64,000 nucleotides of DNA, from contig NC_042998.1 in NCBI RefSeq assembly GCF_006345805.1, positions 67,146,001 through 67,210,000 on the forward strand, in the 5' to 3' direction. The notes beneath the pieces are model-generated. The model did not search any database and was not told the DNA's origin. It saw nothing but the letters and a program-made list of their open reading frames with translations. This DNA comes from Octopus sinensis (lineage: Eukaryota). Below, piece by piece: positions 1 to 11,924 of this stretch; positions within the stretch are counted from its first letter, which is position 1; the number at the start of each line of letters is the position of its first letter. The position numbers and the translations under genes were made by a program.

Positions 1-94
1 ACGGTAAGTCGATGGGCCCTTCCTATTTTAAATCAGAAACGTAGCGGTTTTTGCTGGATGTTGGCAGTTATTTCTCCGAAAATAATGGTTTCAA

Positions 95-198
95 ATTTTG
101 GCACAAGGTCAGCAATTTGGGCATGGTATGAGTCGATTACATCGACCTCAATACGTGCCAGCTACTTTTTTCATCGATCCCGAAAGAATGAAAGGTAT
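95..198 (-). mobile_element. tRNA-derived SINE (family B) 3' fragment
   Basis: Reverse complement resembles the body and tail of the copies at 61022-61215 and 22365-22570 (cctttcat..gggtcgataaa..agtaccag..gtcgat..gccttgtgccaaaa). Confidence 0.65.
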
Positions 199-308
199 TG
201 GCGGAAGGATCTTCTATCTTTATCAGAAATGGTATGAGTATACACTCACATACACACCACACACACCAACACACACACACCACACACACAACACACACAC
301 AACACACC

Positions 309-359
<51 letters not shown>

Positions 360-362
<3 letters not shown>

Positions 363-1380
363 TATGCAAATCTATATACTCGCAAATATAGACAGAAATT
401 CACATACATTCGCAAAACTATATATGCATATCCATCCATACTTCCATAAATGCATCCATGAACGTAAACTAAAATGTTCCAAACTACCGTACTCTGTATA
501 TATATATATATACATATATACACACCACATGCGGACTGTATGGCGCGTAGTGTTAGACAATTTTGGCAATCTTAATAGATTGTATCTTACTTATCTACTC
601 CAAGGTATGGAACCAACTTCCTATTCACAGATTAAATCTCAAGTATGTGAATGCACTATAGTATGCTATAGTTTAGAATATTTTCTATACCATTACCAAC
701 GTCTCTAGAATCTTATGTTTCTTTTCAAAATAGCAAAGATAACTCGGGTCAATATATAGATTTTGTTTTATTGAAAGACTTAGGAGGCATAAAACATCAT
801 TTGTTCAAATTCTAAAGACACATAGAATATCTACAGAAGTTAACGAACATCAGAAGATGTCTGAGGATGTCTAAAATGTTAGGATGTCCATCAAATGCTT
901 ATACAATTAGCATATAAAACATAGTGGGACAGAATACAAAATATATCCCCCCAAAACCGATAATAGGTATTTCGTAAGATGTGTCTATCATGTATATATT
1001 ATAACTAAATAACAAATACCGTTATTTATAACAAAAAGGAAATATTTTCTCTCTCTTTCTTTCTCCCTCTTTCTTTCTCTCTCTCTCTCTTTAATTTCTC
1101 TCTCTCTCTCTCTCTTTATCTCTCTCTATATTTCTTTCTCATTTTCTCCCTCCCTTTCTCCCTTAAATACATTTTAGTCGGCCAAAAATTTCTTCAAGGC
1201 GGTGTCCCATCATGACTAGAGTCTAATGACTGAAACCATTGAAATTTACTGATATATATGTAAGCATATGCAAATCTATATACTCGCAAAAATAGGCAGA
1301 AATTCACATACATTCCCACAACTATATATGCATACACATCTATAGTTGCATACATGCAGCCATAAATATAAACTTAAATT
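360..1380 (+). repeat. Dispersed ~115-bp direct repeat (360-478 and 1264-1380)
   Basis: Both copies start gcatatgcaaatctatatactcgcaaa.atag.cagaaattcacatacattc and diverge distally. Confidence 0.8.
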
Positions 1381-1621
1381 TTGATGACGGATAAGTATGT
1401 TCATGTCCCTCTTCAATTTTTGAGAGCTCCATTGTCGTCCTTTTGCTCAATATTTACTCTAATATATCTGTGTGTGTGTGTGTGTGAGTATGTGTATGCG
1501 TGTGTGTGTGTGTGTAAGTACTGGAGTAAACACATAAGTGTGAAACAAGGTGGAAAAAGAGTACTCAAATACCAGAGGCAGAGTAATATGTTTTATAAGA
1601 AGCAGCAGAAATATCACAAAA

Positions 1622-1661
1622 ACTGTTACTCAGAGTTTCACGTTCCCGCTCATCGGACAGT
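1622..1661 (-). ncRNA. Minimal type I hammerhead ribozyme motif (duplicate at 1923-1962)
   Basis: Minus strand reads actgt CCGATGA gcg-ggaa-cgt GAAA ctc-t-gag TA acagt: stem I, core, stem II with GNRA loop, short stem III, UH site. U4 is replaced by C. Confidence 0.75.
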
Positions 1662-1679
1662 TTTTTAGAATCTAACAAA

Positions 1680-1721
1680 ACTGTCTGACGGTCGGGGACG
1701 TGAAATTCTGAGAGTAACAGT
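1680..1721 (+). ncRNA. Degenerate type I hammerhead motif (duplicate at 1982-2023)
   Basis: actgt CTGACGG tcggggacgt GAAA ttctgagag TA acagt. Core A9 is mutated and stem II weakened. Confidence 0.55.
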
Positions 1722-1754
1722 TTCTGTGATGTTTGTGCTGCTTTTAATAAAGTG

Positions 1755-1790
<36 letters not shown>

Positions 1791-2067
1791 GTGTGTGTGT
1801 GTGTGTGTGTGTGTGTAAGTACTGGAGTAAACACATAAGTGTGAAACAAGGTGGAAAAAGAGTACTCAAATACCAGAGGCAGAGTAATATGTTTTATAAG
1901 AAGCAGCAGAAATATCACAAAAACTGTTACTCAGAGTTTCACGTTCCCGCTCATCGGACAGTTTTGTTAGAATCTAACAAAACTGTCTGACGGTCGGGGA
2001 CGTGAAATTCTGAGAGTAACAGTTTCTGTGATGTTTGTGCTGCTTTTAATAAAGTGTATATATATAT

Positions 2068-2112
<45 letters not shown>

Positions 2113-2166
2113 ATGTATGTGCGTGTGTCTGTGTTTGTGTGCGTGTGTGTATAAAGTGTGTGTATA

Positions 2167-2375
2167 AAGTAGAACCTCGATTTTCAAACAACTCTGATCA
2201 CGAACAAATCGTTCATTATCGCCCCTCTTTCTCATATTCATTTAATACAGTAGGACCTCAGTTTAGGAACGCCTCTTATCACGAACAAATCCTGATTTAT
2301 ATATATATATATATATATATATACAAAGCACGATTAATTCGCGATCAGACTTGTTCGAAAACCGAGGAACTACTG
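2167..2375. mobile_element. pogo/Tigger-like MITE
   Basis: Terminal inverted repeats (a/c)agtagaacctcgattttcaaacaa...ttgttcgaaaaccgaggaactactg in a TA context, with a second left TIR copy at ~2249 (cagtaggacctc). Confidence 0.6.
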
Positions 2376-2394
2376 TGTATATATATATACACAC

Positions 2395-3728
2395 AGGAAG
2401 AAGTTGCTTAACTCAGCTCCTACAACACTATGACTGGGTGCTGAAACGAGTGCTCAACCACTCAAATGTGGAAGTCATATATCTCGACTTTGCAAAGGCC
2501 TTTGATAAAGTCGATCATGGAATGCTATGTCACAAACTGCGTGATCTTGGCATAGTTGGAAAATTGGGAGAAGGGCTTCATGACTTTCTGAAGGATAGAA
2601 ATCAGGTGGTAGTAGCTTCCACTAACACGCAAATAGTGAGCAGTGTTCCGCAGGGCACTGTTTTGGGACCACTACTGTTCATAATGGCCCTCTCAGACAT
2701 GCCCTCAGCCACGCAGAGAGCCACGATCACAAGTTATGCAGATGATACAAAAGTTTCACAGGCAATACAGAACCCTGAGACACTAAGCACCTGCAATGTG
2801 AGCTGGACAAAATATAAGTGGGCTGAAAAGAATAGCATGCAGTTCAATGCTGAAAAGTTTCAAGCTCTATGCAATCAACATGCAAAACTAAATGCAATAC
2901 CCAATAAATACACTGGACCTGGAGGGCCTGCATTCCCAGAGGCACAATCAGTGCGAGACCTGGGTATTTACATGAGTGATGATGCAAACTTTCATGTGCA
3001 TGTTGCTAAATTGGTAATGAAATGCAGGCGGCTGACCGGATGGATTCTTAGAACCTTCAGAACAAGAGACCAGGAAACCATGATGGTCCTCTGGAGGACA
3101 CTTGTCCTAAGCCAATTTGACTATTGCTCTCAGCTATGGTCACCATCCAGTGTCAAGTTAATCACAGAACTTGAGGCGATCCAACAAAGCTACACGAAGA
3201 AGATAGCCTCTGTGCAGCATATAAGCTATTGAGAAAGACTCAAGAGATTGAGACTCTATTCCTTAGAGCGTAGGCGAGACATATATGCCATAATATACAT
3301 ATGGAAGATCCCAGCAGGACTTGTCCCAAACTTTGGCATCGAGAGTTACACAAATGCCAGAACTGGGCGCCACCGCATAGTGCCAAGGACTCCAAATTTG
3401 CCATCAAGATGTAGGACAAGATACTGTGATAGCCTGGGCTTCCGAGGCGCACAGCTCTTCAATATCCTCCCGAAGAACCTAAGAGACCTGCATGGGGTGG
3501 ATGCAGATGTCTTTAAAATGAAACTGGATCTCTTCTTGTCAGGTATCCCAGATGAACCAACTTCACAGCAGGAGGTGCAGATGAGGGCAGCTGCATCGAA
3601 CTCTCTCATGCACCAAATGGCAATTGCTAAAAAGCATTCGTGAAGTAAAATCGTGTAGCAACACCAAATGGCGGTGCCCCAGCATGGCCACAGCTTGTGA
3701 GCTGAAATTAGATAAATAAATAAAAAAA
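2395..3728 (+). mobile_element. 5'-truncated CR1-group LINE (RT domain, C-terminus, 3' tail)
   Basis: Motifs GRSCLTQLL, YLDFAKAFDKVDH, VPQGTVLGPLLF, YADDTK, RDLGI, LYSLERRR. Ends in an (ATAA)n/A tail and starts abruptly after (TA)n. Confidence 0.93.
2396..3643 (+). pseudogene. LINE ORF2 reverse transcriptase remnant
   Basis: Track ORFs 2351-3232 and 3248-3643 are in the same frame, separated by a single TGA at 3230-3232 where W is expected (SY*ERLKRL). Confidence 0.9.
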
Positions 3729-3784
3729 ATGTTTTAAATATATATATAATTTCGCAATGTTGAACTGTTAATCGAGTTAATCGA

Positions 3785-3955
3785 TCCAAAAATGATTTTT
3801 CTATCTCCAATTTTACCTCTTAATCCTTTCTATATGAGACCGTTGACCCAAAATGTAAAATACTTTTCCATTCTTGACGAGCGTTAAACTAATAAACCTG
3901 TTTTTTGTTCCTACACCCGTCTTTGTCTATTGATTTCTGCAAATTTGAATTATAT
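3785..3955 (+). mobile_element. Penelope-type terminal-repeat-derived short element (family also at 12172-12375 -, 12925-13085 +, 45236-45440 +)
   Basis: Shared cctttct...gagcgttaaactaata...cacc.gtctt..tctt blocks ending at (TA)n. Confidence 0.6.
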
Positions 3956-3977
3956 ATATAAATATATTATAGCAAAA

Positions 3978-4017
3978 ACTGTCCGACGAACGGGAACGTG
4001 AAACTCAGAGTAACAGG
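3978..4017 (+). ncRNA. Minimal type I hammerhead motif, same family as 1622-1661
   Basis: ctgt CCGACGA acg-ggaa-cgt GAAA ctc-a-gag TA acag, followed by the same ...gctgcttttaaataaag tail. Confidence 0.75.
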
Positions 4018-4069
4018 TTTTGTTGAATTTTCTGCTGCTTTTAAATAAAGTATATATATATATATATAT

Positions 4070-4460
4070 ATTAATAATATAAGGGTAAATAATTATTAAT
4101 TGCAAAATCAACAATTATTTCCGGGTAGATTTTGGTATGAAAATATAAACATTATCGGTAGAAACCTTTTCAAAAAGTTATGCATATATATAAAGGGTAA
4201 GCAACAGGTTGCTTAGCCACATACCGAAAAGTAGACATAGCAGTCAAATACCGCTTATTTCTATTTTCTCCAAATATAACTCCGCATATAACATATACAT
4301 GTAAAACAGGATGAAAAATAACGAAAATAAAGTCTGCGGTCAGTTACGGACGCGTTTCTTGGTTAGAATTAAAAAGAAATCCATTCCCCAATCAGCATAA
4401 CATTTCTTTAGATAGATTTGCAATGTTAATTTACATACCTCTTGCTCCCTTTTTATTTTC
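4070..4460 (-). mobile_element. Penelope-type terminal repeat; its end is repeated inverted at 6826-6937
   Basis: 4070-4180 is the reverse complement of 6826-6937. A degenerate hammerhead lies at 4343-4401 on minus (gttatg CTGATTG...GAAA cgcg TC cgtaac). Confidence 0.6.
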
Positions 4461-4463
4461 ATA

Positions 4464-4496
<33 letters not shown>

Positions 4497-4500
<4 letters not shown>

Positions 4501-6750
4501 AAATTTATTAGAGACAAAACCACTATTTTGCAAAACAAACAAGGAAAGACTTAATCAATACATAAAATTTTAATAAATAGTCAAAAAAACCGCCACTACA
4601 ATCGTTTCTTGTCTTGATCGACAATCTTCAGGTGGACTTCCAATCTAAAAAATCAATATTTTAGAATATAAAAATAATAATTTTAAAATAATTAAAGTAT
4701 GAATGAAAAAATATAAGTATATAATCCATATATAACCTATATATAATCCATATATAATCAATATAAACAATATATAAACTAAAAAAAACCTATCAACAAT
4801 TAAATATAAAATATAAACTATAAAATATAAAATATAAAATATAAAACAAAACAAAAAAATAATAATAATATAATAAAAAAACTATATATACACCCATACA
4901 CATATACCTAATTATATATAACCATATCTAACTGCATACATAAATCACACACCTATATATATATCCCTATACATACACATAAAACGTCTAGGCAACTATA
5001 AATAAATAAAATAGCTAAATACTTCAACACAATACTTATTCATACCCCACACACACACACATACACCCACATTCACGCTCTAGAAAACGGACATCACTCA
5101 AAACTATGAACAGAGAAATGGAATAAATGGAATTAAAAATTATATTCACTTGGTAAAAACGAACACTACTTAAAAATTATGAATGAAACATGCAATAAAA
5201 CAACATACATCGCAAATAGACACAAATTACTACGAATTCCTTAATAAAACTATCATGATAAACCAAAAAACTCATAAAAACATATAATGATAAAATCTCC
5301 CTTTACTAAACTCTATAACAAACCTATATAGCAATCCCCCTAACCTAAACATTCACACACAAATACACACACGTAAACCACACACCCACGACATATACAA
5401 ATACCCACACCACTTACACATACCAATACATACATATAAACCTCAACATATACTCCAAAAACCCACTCAACCCCACACAGACAAATTCCATTCACAATTC
5501 CAAGCAACGCTAGTCCACCACCCGGTTATTCACGTGGCAAAACGAACACCACTCAAAAATTATGAATGAAACAATGTAATAAAACAACCAACATCGAAAA
5601 TAGACAAATTACCACGAATTCCCTAAAAAAACCATCACCTTAGCAGCTCTAACAAACAACTTGCAGTAAACCAAACCTATTCTCGATGCCTACCTCACTA
5701 CCACACTAATCCATTCACAATTCCAAGCAACGCTAGTCCACCACCCGGTTACAATTCCAACTCCACCCATTCATTCACAATTTCAACGACATTCGCCTCC
5801 ACAGCGCTACATATAAGCCTCAACATATACACCGGAGGAGATACACTTACACATCCGTGCGGATGGGTGAGAGTATACATTGAGTGTAGTGATGGGGCTC
5901 CCATTACTATACACATTTGTACCTGTGTGGTAGTCTCCATGTGTATATTCACGCACGGGTATAAATGCAGGGGGTACACGCGCACGTCATTTGCGTGTAC
6001 CCCCTCACATGTACATATGCATGCTATTTGGGCTCGATATATGCAACAATGTAATCGCGCCCGCATACATGCATATGGGCGAATTGCACAATCAAAAAAC
6101 GCACACGTGTGTGTGTGCGTTCCCTGGTTGTGCAATTCACCCATCTGGGTGTGAGTGGGTGTAAGCGTATCGCTGTTGATGTCGAGCTTGATACGTATGT
6201 ATATGAGTGTGTATTAGGGGGTTGTACGTATTAATTGTGTGCATGTGCTTCACGCACTTGCGTCCATGTATGGATGAATATATTGGGATTACTATGTGGG
6301 TGTAAATTGGGTATGGAGGGGGGAGTTTTGTCATTGTATGGGTGTGGGTTTCATTTGTGATGGTGGTTAGTTGGTGATTTTTAGTATGTCTGTATATTTG
6401 GGTTAGTTATGTATTATTCTAGTGTGTATAATTGTATACATAATTGGTGGTGTGAATGGGATTAAGCCCATTTTTGGGATGTATGTGTTTATTTATCCAT
6501 GTGGGGCGGGGGAGTGGCCGTTAGGTGTATATGCTGAGGCTCACATGCAATTCCAGATACAACGAATGAAGCGGGCACTTATATTTGTTATGGGTGTGTG
6601 TACTTTATTATAACAGACAATACCCGTTTTGCAAAATAGTGGTTTTGTCTCTAATAATATTTTATAATATTTTAGTATAAAATTGGATTTAATCCTAAAT
6701 CTGATTTTTTCCCTGTAAATTGGGATTTATTCCCTAAATTATTATTATTA
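4497..6750. mobile_element. Fold-back Penelope-derived element bounded by (TA)n
   Basis: ttattagagacaaaaccactattttgcaaaac (4505-4536) is exactly inverted at ~6626-6657. AC-rich to GT-rich strand switch near 5990, with internal duplications 5143-5242/5527-5622 and 5488-5529/5711-5750. Confidence 0.6.
4593..4635 (-). ncRNA. Type I hammerhead ribozyme with canonical core
   Basis: Minus strand: ccac CTGAAGA ttgtc-gatcaa-gacaa GAAA cgattg TA gtgg. Intact CUGANGA/GAAA/UH core, 5-bp stem II, near-palindromic stem III. Confidence 0.85.
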
Positions 6751-6757
6751 TTATATA

Positions 6758-6801
<44 letters not shown>

Positions 6802-6988
6802 ATATTATATATTATATATGAGAGAGAACTTCTTGAAAAGGTTCCTACCGATAATGGTTATATTTCCATACCGAAATCTACCCGGAAATAATTGTTGATT
6901 TTGAAATTAATAATTATTTACCCTTATATTATTAATAATGAAATCTTTCACTCTCGTATGACAATCCATAATTCTATTCCAGATGGCC

Positions 6989-7050
6989 AGATAACCGAAG
7001 AGATGGTGTGTGTATTTCCACCTCGGCATCGAAAACTCAGAATTTTATCT
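6989..7050 (+). ncRNA. Hammerhead-like motif in a Penelope-type repeat
   Basis: agataa CCGAAGA gatg...catc GAAA actcagaa TT ttatct. Stems I and II pair; stem III is degenerate. Confidence 0.55.
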
Positions 7051-7146
7051 TGGCTATTGAATAATTGTCACATACTATTTTACAGATAAATTTCCTCTAT
7101 TTACATAATATTGAGGTCTCTTTCATTTGTTATCTTACCGTTTTTA

Positions 7147-7196
<50 letters not shown>

Positions 7197-7214
7197 ATAT
7201 ATTATATATTATAT

Positions 7215-8330
7215 ATATATATATGTACATATGTAATGGATGAATGAATATCCTATGTTTACAGTTAACATGGAAAATTCAATAAACAGTTACCAGAGTA
7301 GCAAAATTCACACAAGTAACAAGGATATAGCGACCTATTCAAAGGTAGAAACTCCGGGTTAATGTGCAGTAATTTGTATAGTATAAGTAAATAAATGGAG
7401 TTGAACGCAGATGCTATTCAAATTCTTTTACTTTCGACATATGTTGCTAAGACAACAATGGGTTTATTCCAAAGGAATAAACGGTGGAAAATGCAATCTT
7501 CTCAAAGGAAAGAAAGAGAACCTAACTTAACAACAGGACGTTATAATAATTTCGATGACTGCATAAACAAAACGCTATTAAGTATTTGAAAAACCGTTAG
7601 TAGATCCGATGTCAAAGGCAGACCCCAGGAAGAGAAGGGGTAAAGAAATAATAAGTACAAATAAATAGGGATATATTGGTTGAAAAAATGTTCAAAGCTA
7701 TGGAAGTAGATTTCTCTATTGAAGTAATGTGCAAGTTTAACTAAATGTTCAAACTAAAAAGACTGCTATAAATCACTTTTATGAGCTAAAGGTATATTTC
7801 TGCCAGTGCTTACATTTGTAAGATCGCTCTATAAGTGTGTTAAGAAGGTGATTCTTAGAGAAGAGAATATGAAATAGTTCAGAGTTGCAAATGTTACAAA
7901 ACCCTTTCCCCTTGTCATATGGGAAAGATATGGACAGGATGAACCAATCTAACTTAAAATCCTTATTGTTGTCTTTAAGATGCCAAACCAATTTACTTAG
8001 CCCTGTGCTATAACGTTTACTGCTATCCCTAAATGAAGAATAATGATTGGAAATTTCTTTTAGATAACTGGGAAGAGGATGCGCAAATGTATAAGAAGAC
8101 ATCGGTACCGCAAGAAATTTTAATTGGTATATAGAATTCTTAATCTTAGAATTATTAGACGTACATTTAATTCTTTTGGGGCTATCCTCAGAGACCAAAA
8201 CTATGATTTTGTAACATTTACAACTATGAACTCCATTTCTATTAATTTTTTTCCACAGTTAGTAAATATTATGTTTAGCATATTCTTTTAATTTAACTCA
8301 TTAATAAAATAAATCACTATTTACTAACTA
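7215..8330 (-). mobile_element. Penelope-like element 3' part (GIY-YIG C-terminus plus downstream repeat)
   Basis: ORF 7779-8198: NHYSSFR..STGLSKLVWHLKD..W.IL..PY..CNICNSE..LLN..KCKH matches the PLE endonuclease C-terminal pattern. Flanked by (TA)n. Confidence 0.8.
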
Positions 8331-8355
8331 ACTATGGCTCTATATTAATAGAAAT

Positions 8356-8397
<42 letters not shown>

Positions 8398-8931
8398 TTA
8401 TATAAATATGAAACGATTTCTATATTTTCTATCCCTATATAAGATACTAATATTTATTGGAATCCTTTGGAAAATTATATAAAAGATATTTATTTAAAAT
8501 TCACAATAGAAAATTATGGCTGTTAAATGGTAAGGGGCATTGAAAACCTCGAGAGCATTAATAATCTCTATTATCCCTACCCCACTAACGTCAGCCTACT
8601 AGCTTTTGCTATAATACATTCAATTATGCCTTAACTAAATTCCTCAAAATGAGGATGGATTTATGGCTTTGACATTTGTACTACCCCATCCTCTATCTAT
8701 AAATAGAAAAAAGTTCTTGTTTGTCTCCATTCAACCAAGAATAGAAACCAACCTTCCCACTAATAGATCTAAATAACAAAGTGAACTCAGTGATAAAAAA
8801 TCTACAACCGGAGAAGAACATACTGCCACCATGTTCTTAATGATGAAATTAACCTCTCTGTCTATATATCTACCCTCTTTGTAATGATGGCAAATGAAAT
8901 AAGTATAAGAATGTGCATTGTCCGTTTGATT

Positions 8932-9007
<76 letters not shown>

Positions 9008-9012
<5 letters not shown>

Positions 9013-9712
9013 CGTAAGATATTTTGGGACATATAACTTTATTTACAAAACCTGCTTTGTGAATAAAAATAAACCTTCTTTTCTATAATGTTATTCAAGA
9101 AATCCACCGTCAGCTTGGACAAATGCTTCTATATCGTCTACATGCTCGAATCAAGTGGCCCTGATTCATTTTGGCCATTACTATTACTATGCCAGCTTTC
9201 ATAGAATTTTTGGTGTTATGGCCGCGTTCATTGACATCTCTCAACAACGCTTCACATGTAATAGTCTAATGTATTGAGATCTGGGGAATTAAGAAGCCAA
9301 ATGTTAGGGGTTATGTGATCATGAAAATCATCAGCCATCCACTCCTGTGTTACTAGAGCCATGTGTGATAGTGCAGAGTCTTACTGAATCAGATATGGCC
9401 TTCCATTGCATACACTATCTAACCAGGGTTTAACAATTATTTCCAGGACCTCAGTTTAGGCGGCAGATTTAACTCTAAGGCGTTGTGGAAAGTAGTAAGG
9501 AAGCATCACATGTCTTTCATTGCTGAAAACCCCTAAAACCATGACAGTTGTAGGAAATTTTGGACGCATAACACTTGGAATTTCAGAAGGGTCTGCACAT
9601 AACCATCTGTCATTTCTTCTGTTACTTTTTTGATCTTGGTCAATGTATTTCTCGTTTGAGAGAAATTAAATCAAATCATCTTCTGCAGGATTTTCCGTTT
9701 GTTTAAGAGTCT
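9008..9712 (-). mobile_element. Tc1/mariner DD37D (maT)-like transposon relic, 3' half
   Basis: Minus-strand translation across frameshifts: NEKYIDQDQKSNRRNDRWLCADPSEIPSVMRPKFPTTVMVLGVFSNE..VKPWLD..Q*DSALSH..TQEWM..IWLLNSPDLNTLDYY..ADGGFLE*. Confidence 0.85.
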
Positions 9713-9843
9713 ATTGAAAAAATACACATTCATTTATATACATATGCATAATCATATATACACATAAGTATATACATACACACGTCTGTACACATACACA
9801 TACATCTGTATATATGTATGTATACATAAATATAGATATACAT

Positions 9844-9888
<45 letters not shown>

Positions 9889-11027
9889 ATATATATCATA
9901 TCACATCAACTTTTCAGTGATTTATTCATCCATCCATACATTTTCGTTTTGGTAGGGCTTTTGAAAGTGATTAACTGTTTGTATTGTATAAATATTATTT
10001 TCTATATGTATATCCGGTCAGATATTTCGTAGAAAATCTGATGCTGAAACTGCTAACTAAATACCAAATAGAGTCATGATATGATATTCATGTATAATGT
10101 TAGCGATGCACATTAATACTAAATCTATGATTAAACTAAATCTATGATTAAACTTCATTGCATGCAGACTCGGAAAGACGTTAAAGTTTTCTAATTATAA
10201 CCCGAGCTTTCAATGTTTAATAAAATTCTATTGATGTCGTTGGCATGATAATTCTCTGTAGTAATGTGACACTTCTTAGTTGTTTACTGATCAAATATAT
10301 TATTGGAAATTACACAAATCAATATATATAAGCTGCAAGTTTTATAAATACTTAATATTAACTTCTATATTGACTGTATACTTGAACAACATAGCGATGA
10401 TAATAGATTATCTATCTGCAAGTCCAAAATGGAAATCAGTGTGGTTTGAAACTACAGTCGTATACGACAGGACTAACCACAATGCACATCCTGCTAATTA
10501 CGTCGTCATGTTGGCCAACTAGTTACATCGCTAGAGCAAAGGCAGAATTTACTTGCGAATTTGTTCCTTAAGCTGCCAGTTCAAATCCCTTCGAGGGGAT
10601 ATTTTTCTTTTATACCTCTTGGATCAGTATAATTAGGTAGCTCTAAAAGATTGTGGGGTTTGATGGAGACTAACACATTCTTTTCAAAATTGCTGCCCCG
10701 AGAAACGACTAAAGCATTTACACCTAAACTTTTTCAGGCTGCCTTCCAGAAACAGCAGGTAAATCTCTGTCAAACCGCCGTCTAAGTTTTTAAAAGAAGT
10801 GAAATGAAACTTAAAATGCTTTTTGTTTATCGATGGACTGATGATGACAACATGGAGCTTTTTGCCACGGATTTCTTTCTTCCAGAATGAGCTAAAACCT
10901 TTCAGGTATATTAAACCAATATACCTGAAATACCAATATATCAATATATAATCTATATATTGAATTCTACGACTATTTCGCAAAAAGGAGATGATATTAA
11001 ATTAATTAAACCTGCTGAAGTCGATTA

Positions 11028-11420
11028 TCATAAATGCAGCAACTCAAGCTCTCTGATGAAAGGTTTTTCGAGTTTTAGATAAGTAAGCTTTTTTTGGCTA
11101 CAACCTTTTCTTTGTTGAGGATGTGCGTTCGACAGGGGGAAGATCATCAGAGACAGTGTAGGCATAGCATATGAAACCATCTGAGGTTTGTATTTATGGG
11201 GAAGAGCAAGTTCGGGCAATTTTTTCGCAGTTCAAGTAAATAAAATTTTCATGAGTCAATTGGAAGAGGTTTCCACTCACCAGCTTCCACAGTTGTTGCA
11301 GAATATTCGTGTGGTATCTAGGTACCAACAAGTTGGAGTTTGGACGCACAGTGTTAATGAATAAGCGCATTGTTCTCTGCGAAAGAATATCTGCTGTTAG
11401 ACAATACGCAGTTGGGTCCC
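11028..11420 (-). mobile_element. Possible highly degraded Penelope GIY-YIG relic
   Basis: Minus-strand peptides IFCNNCGSW*VETSSN and LKLEKPFIRELE weakly resemble GIY-YIG start and end motifs. Confidence 0.3.
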
Positions 11421-11924
11421 TGAGGTCTAGGACGAAGTTTGGGAGGAAAACCGATCATCGGTGTATACTACTGATAAATAGCCTCATCAGAATACGCCAC
11501 AATATTGCTAAGTGTTACTGTTTTTGTGTATTGTTGTGGGTTTACTTCTTAATGATAATTATGTTGATAATGTGGCAACTAGTTTTTTTTTTCATGACAA
11601 GAAATCTTATGTATCTATATGTGAATATACGAATGTAAGTACATGGTTGCGTAGAGGTGTGTATGTATCAACATTTAAATATTATGAATGCATAGTTATT
11701 TTCTAACGACGCTGTGTGAATCTATCTTGCTACACGGCATTCTTTTCTTCAAAGTTTCAGTAAAATAACCAAAAAAATCATTTTAAAGAAATATCTGTCA
11801 GTCTTGTCTCACGTGAGTGTTACACGAATATAAAAGAAATGAATGCATACAAGAAACTATATTTATACAAAATATTCATGCCAATCACGCCACTATTATA
11901 GATTTCTATAAATCTTTTATATTT

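Larger units (their letters stand above)
1515..2054. repeat. Tandem duplication (period ~301 bp) of a palindromic Penelope-type terminal-repeat cassette
   Basis: 1515-1752 and 1816-2054 are near-identical and separated by (TA)n(TG)n. Each contains an inverted repeat with ~70-bp arms centred on tag-aat-cta. Confidence 0.9.

Noticed and set aside
3346-3810. 154-aa minus-strand ORF
   Set aside because: Antisense to the LINE ORF2 C-terminus.
11440-11500. Hammerhead from CTGATGA on minus strand
   Set aside because: No GAAA or stem III at the proper spacing.
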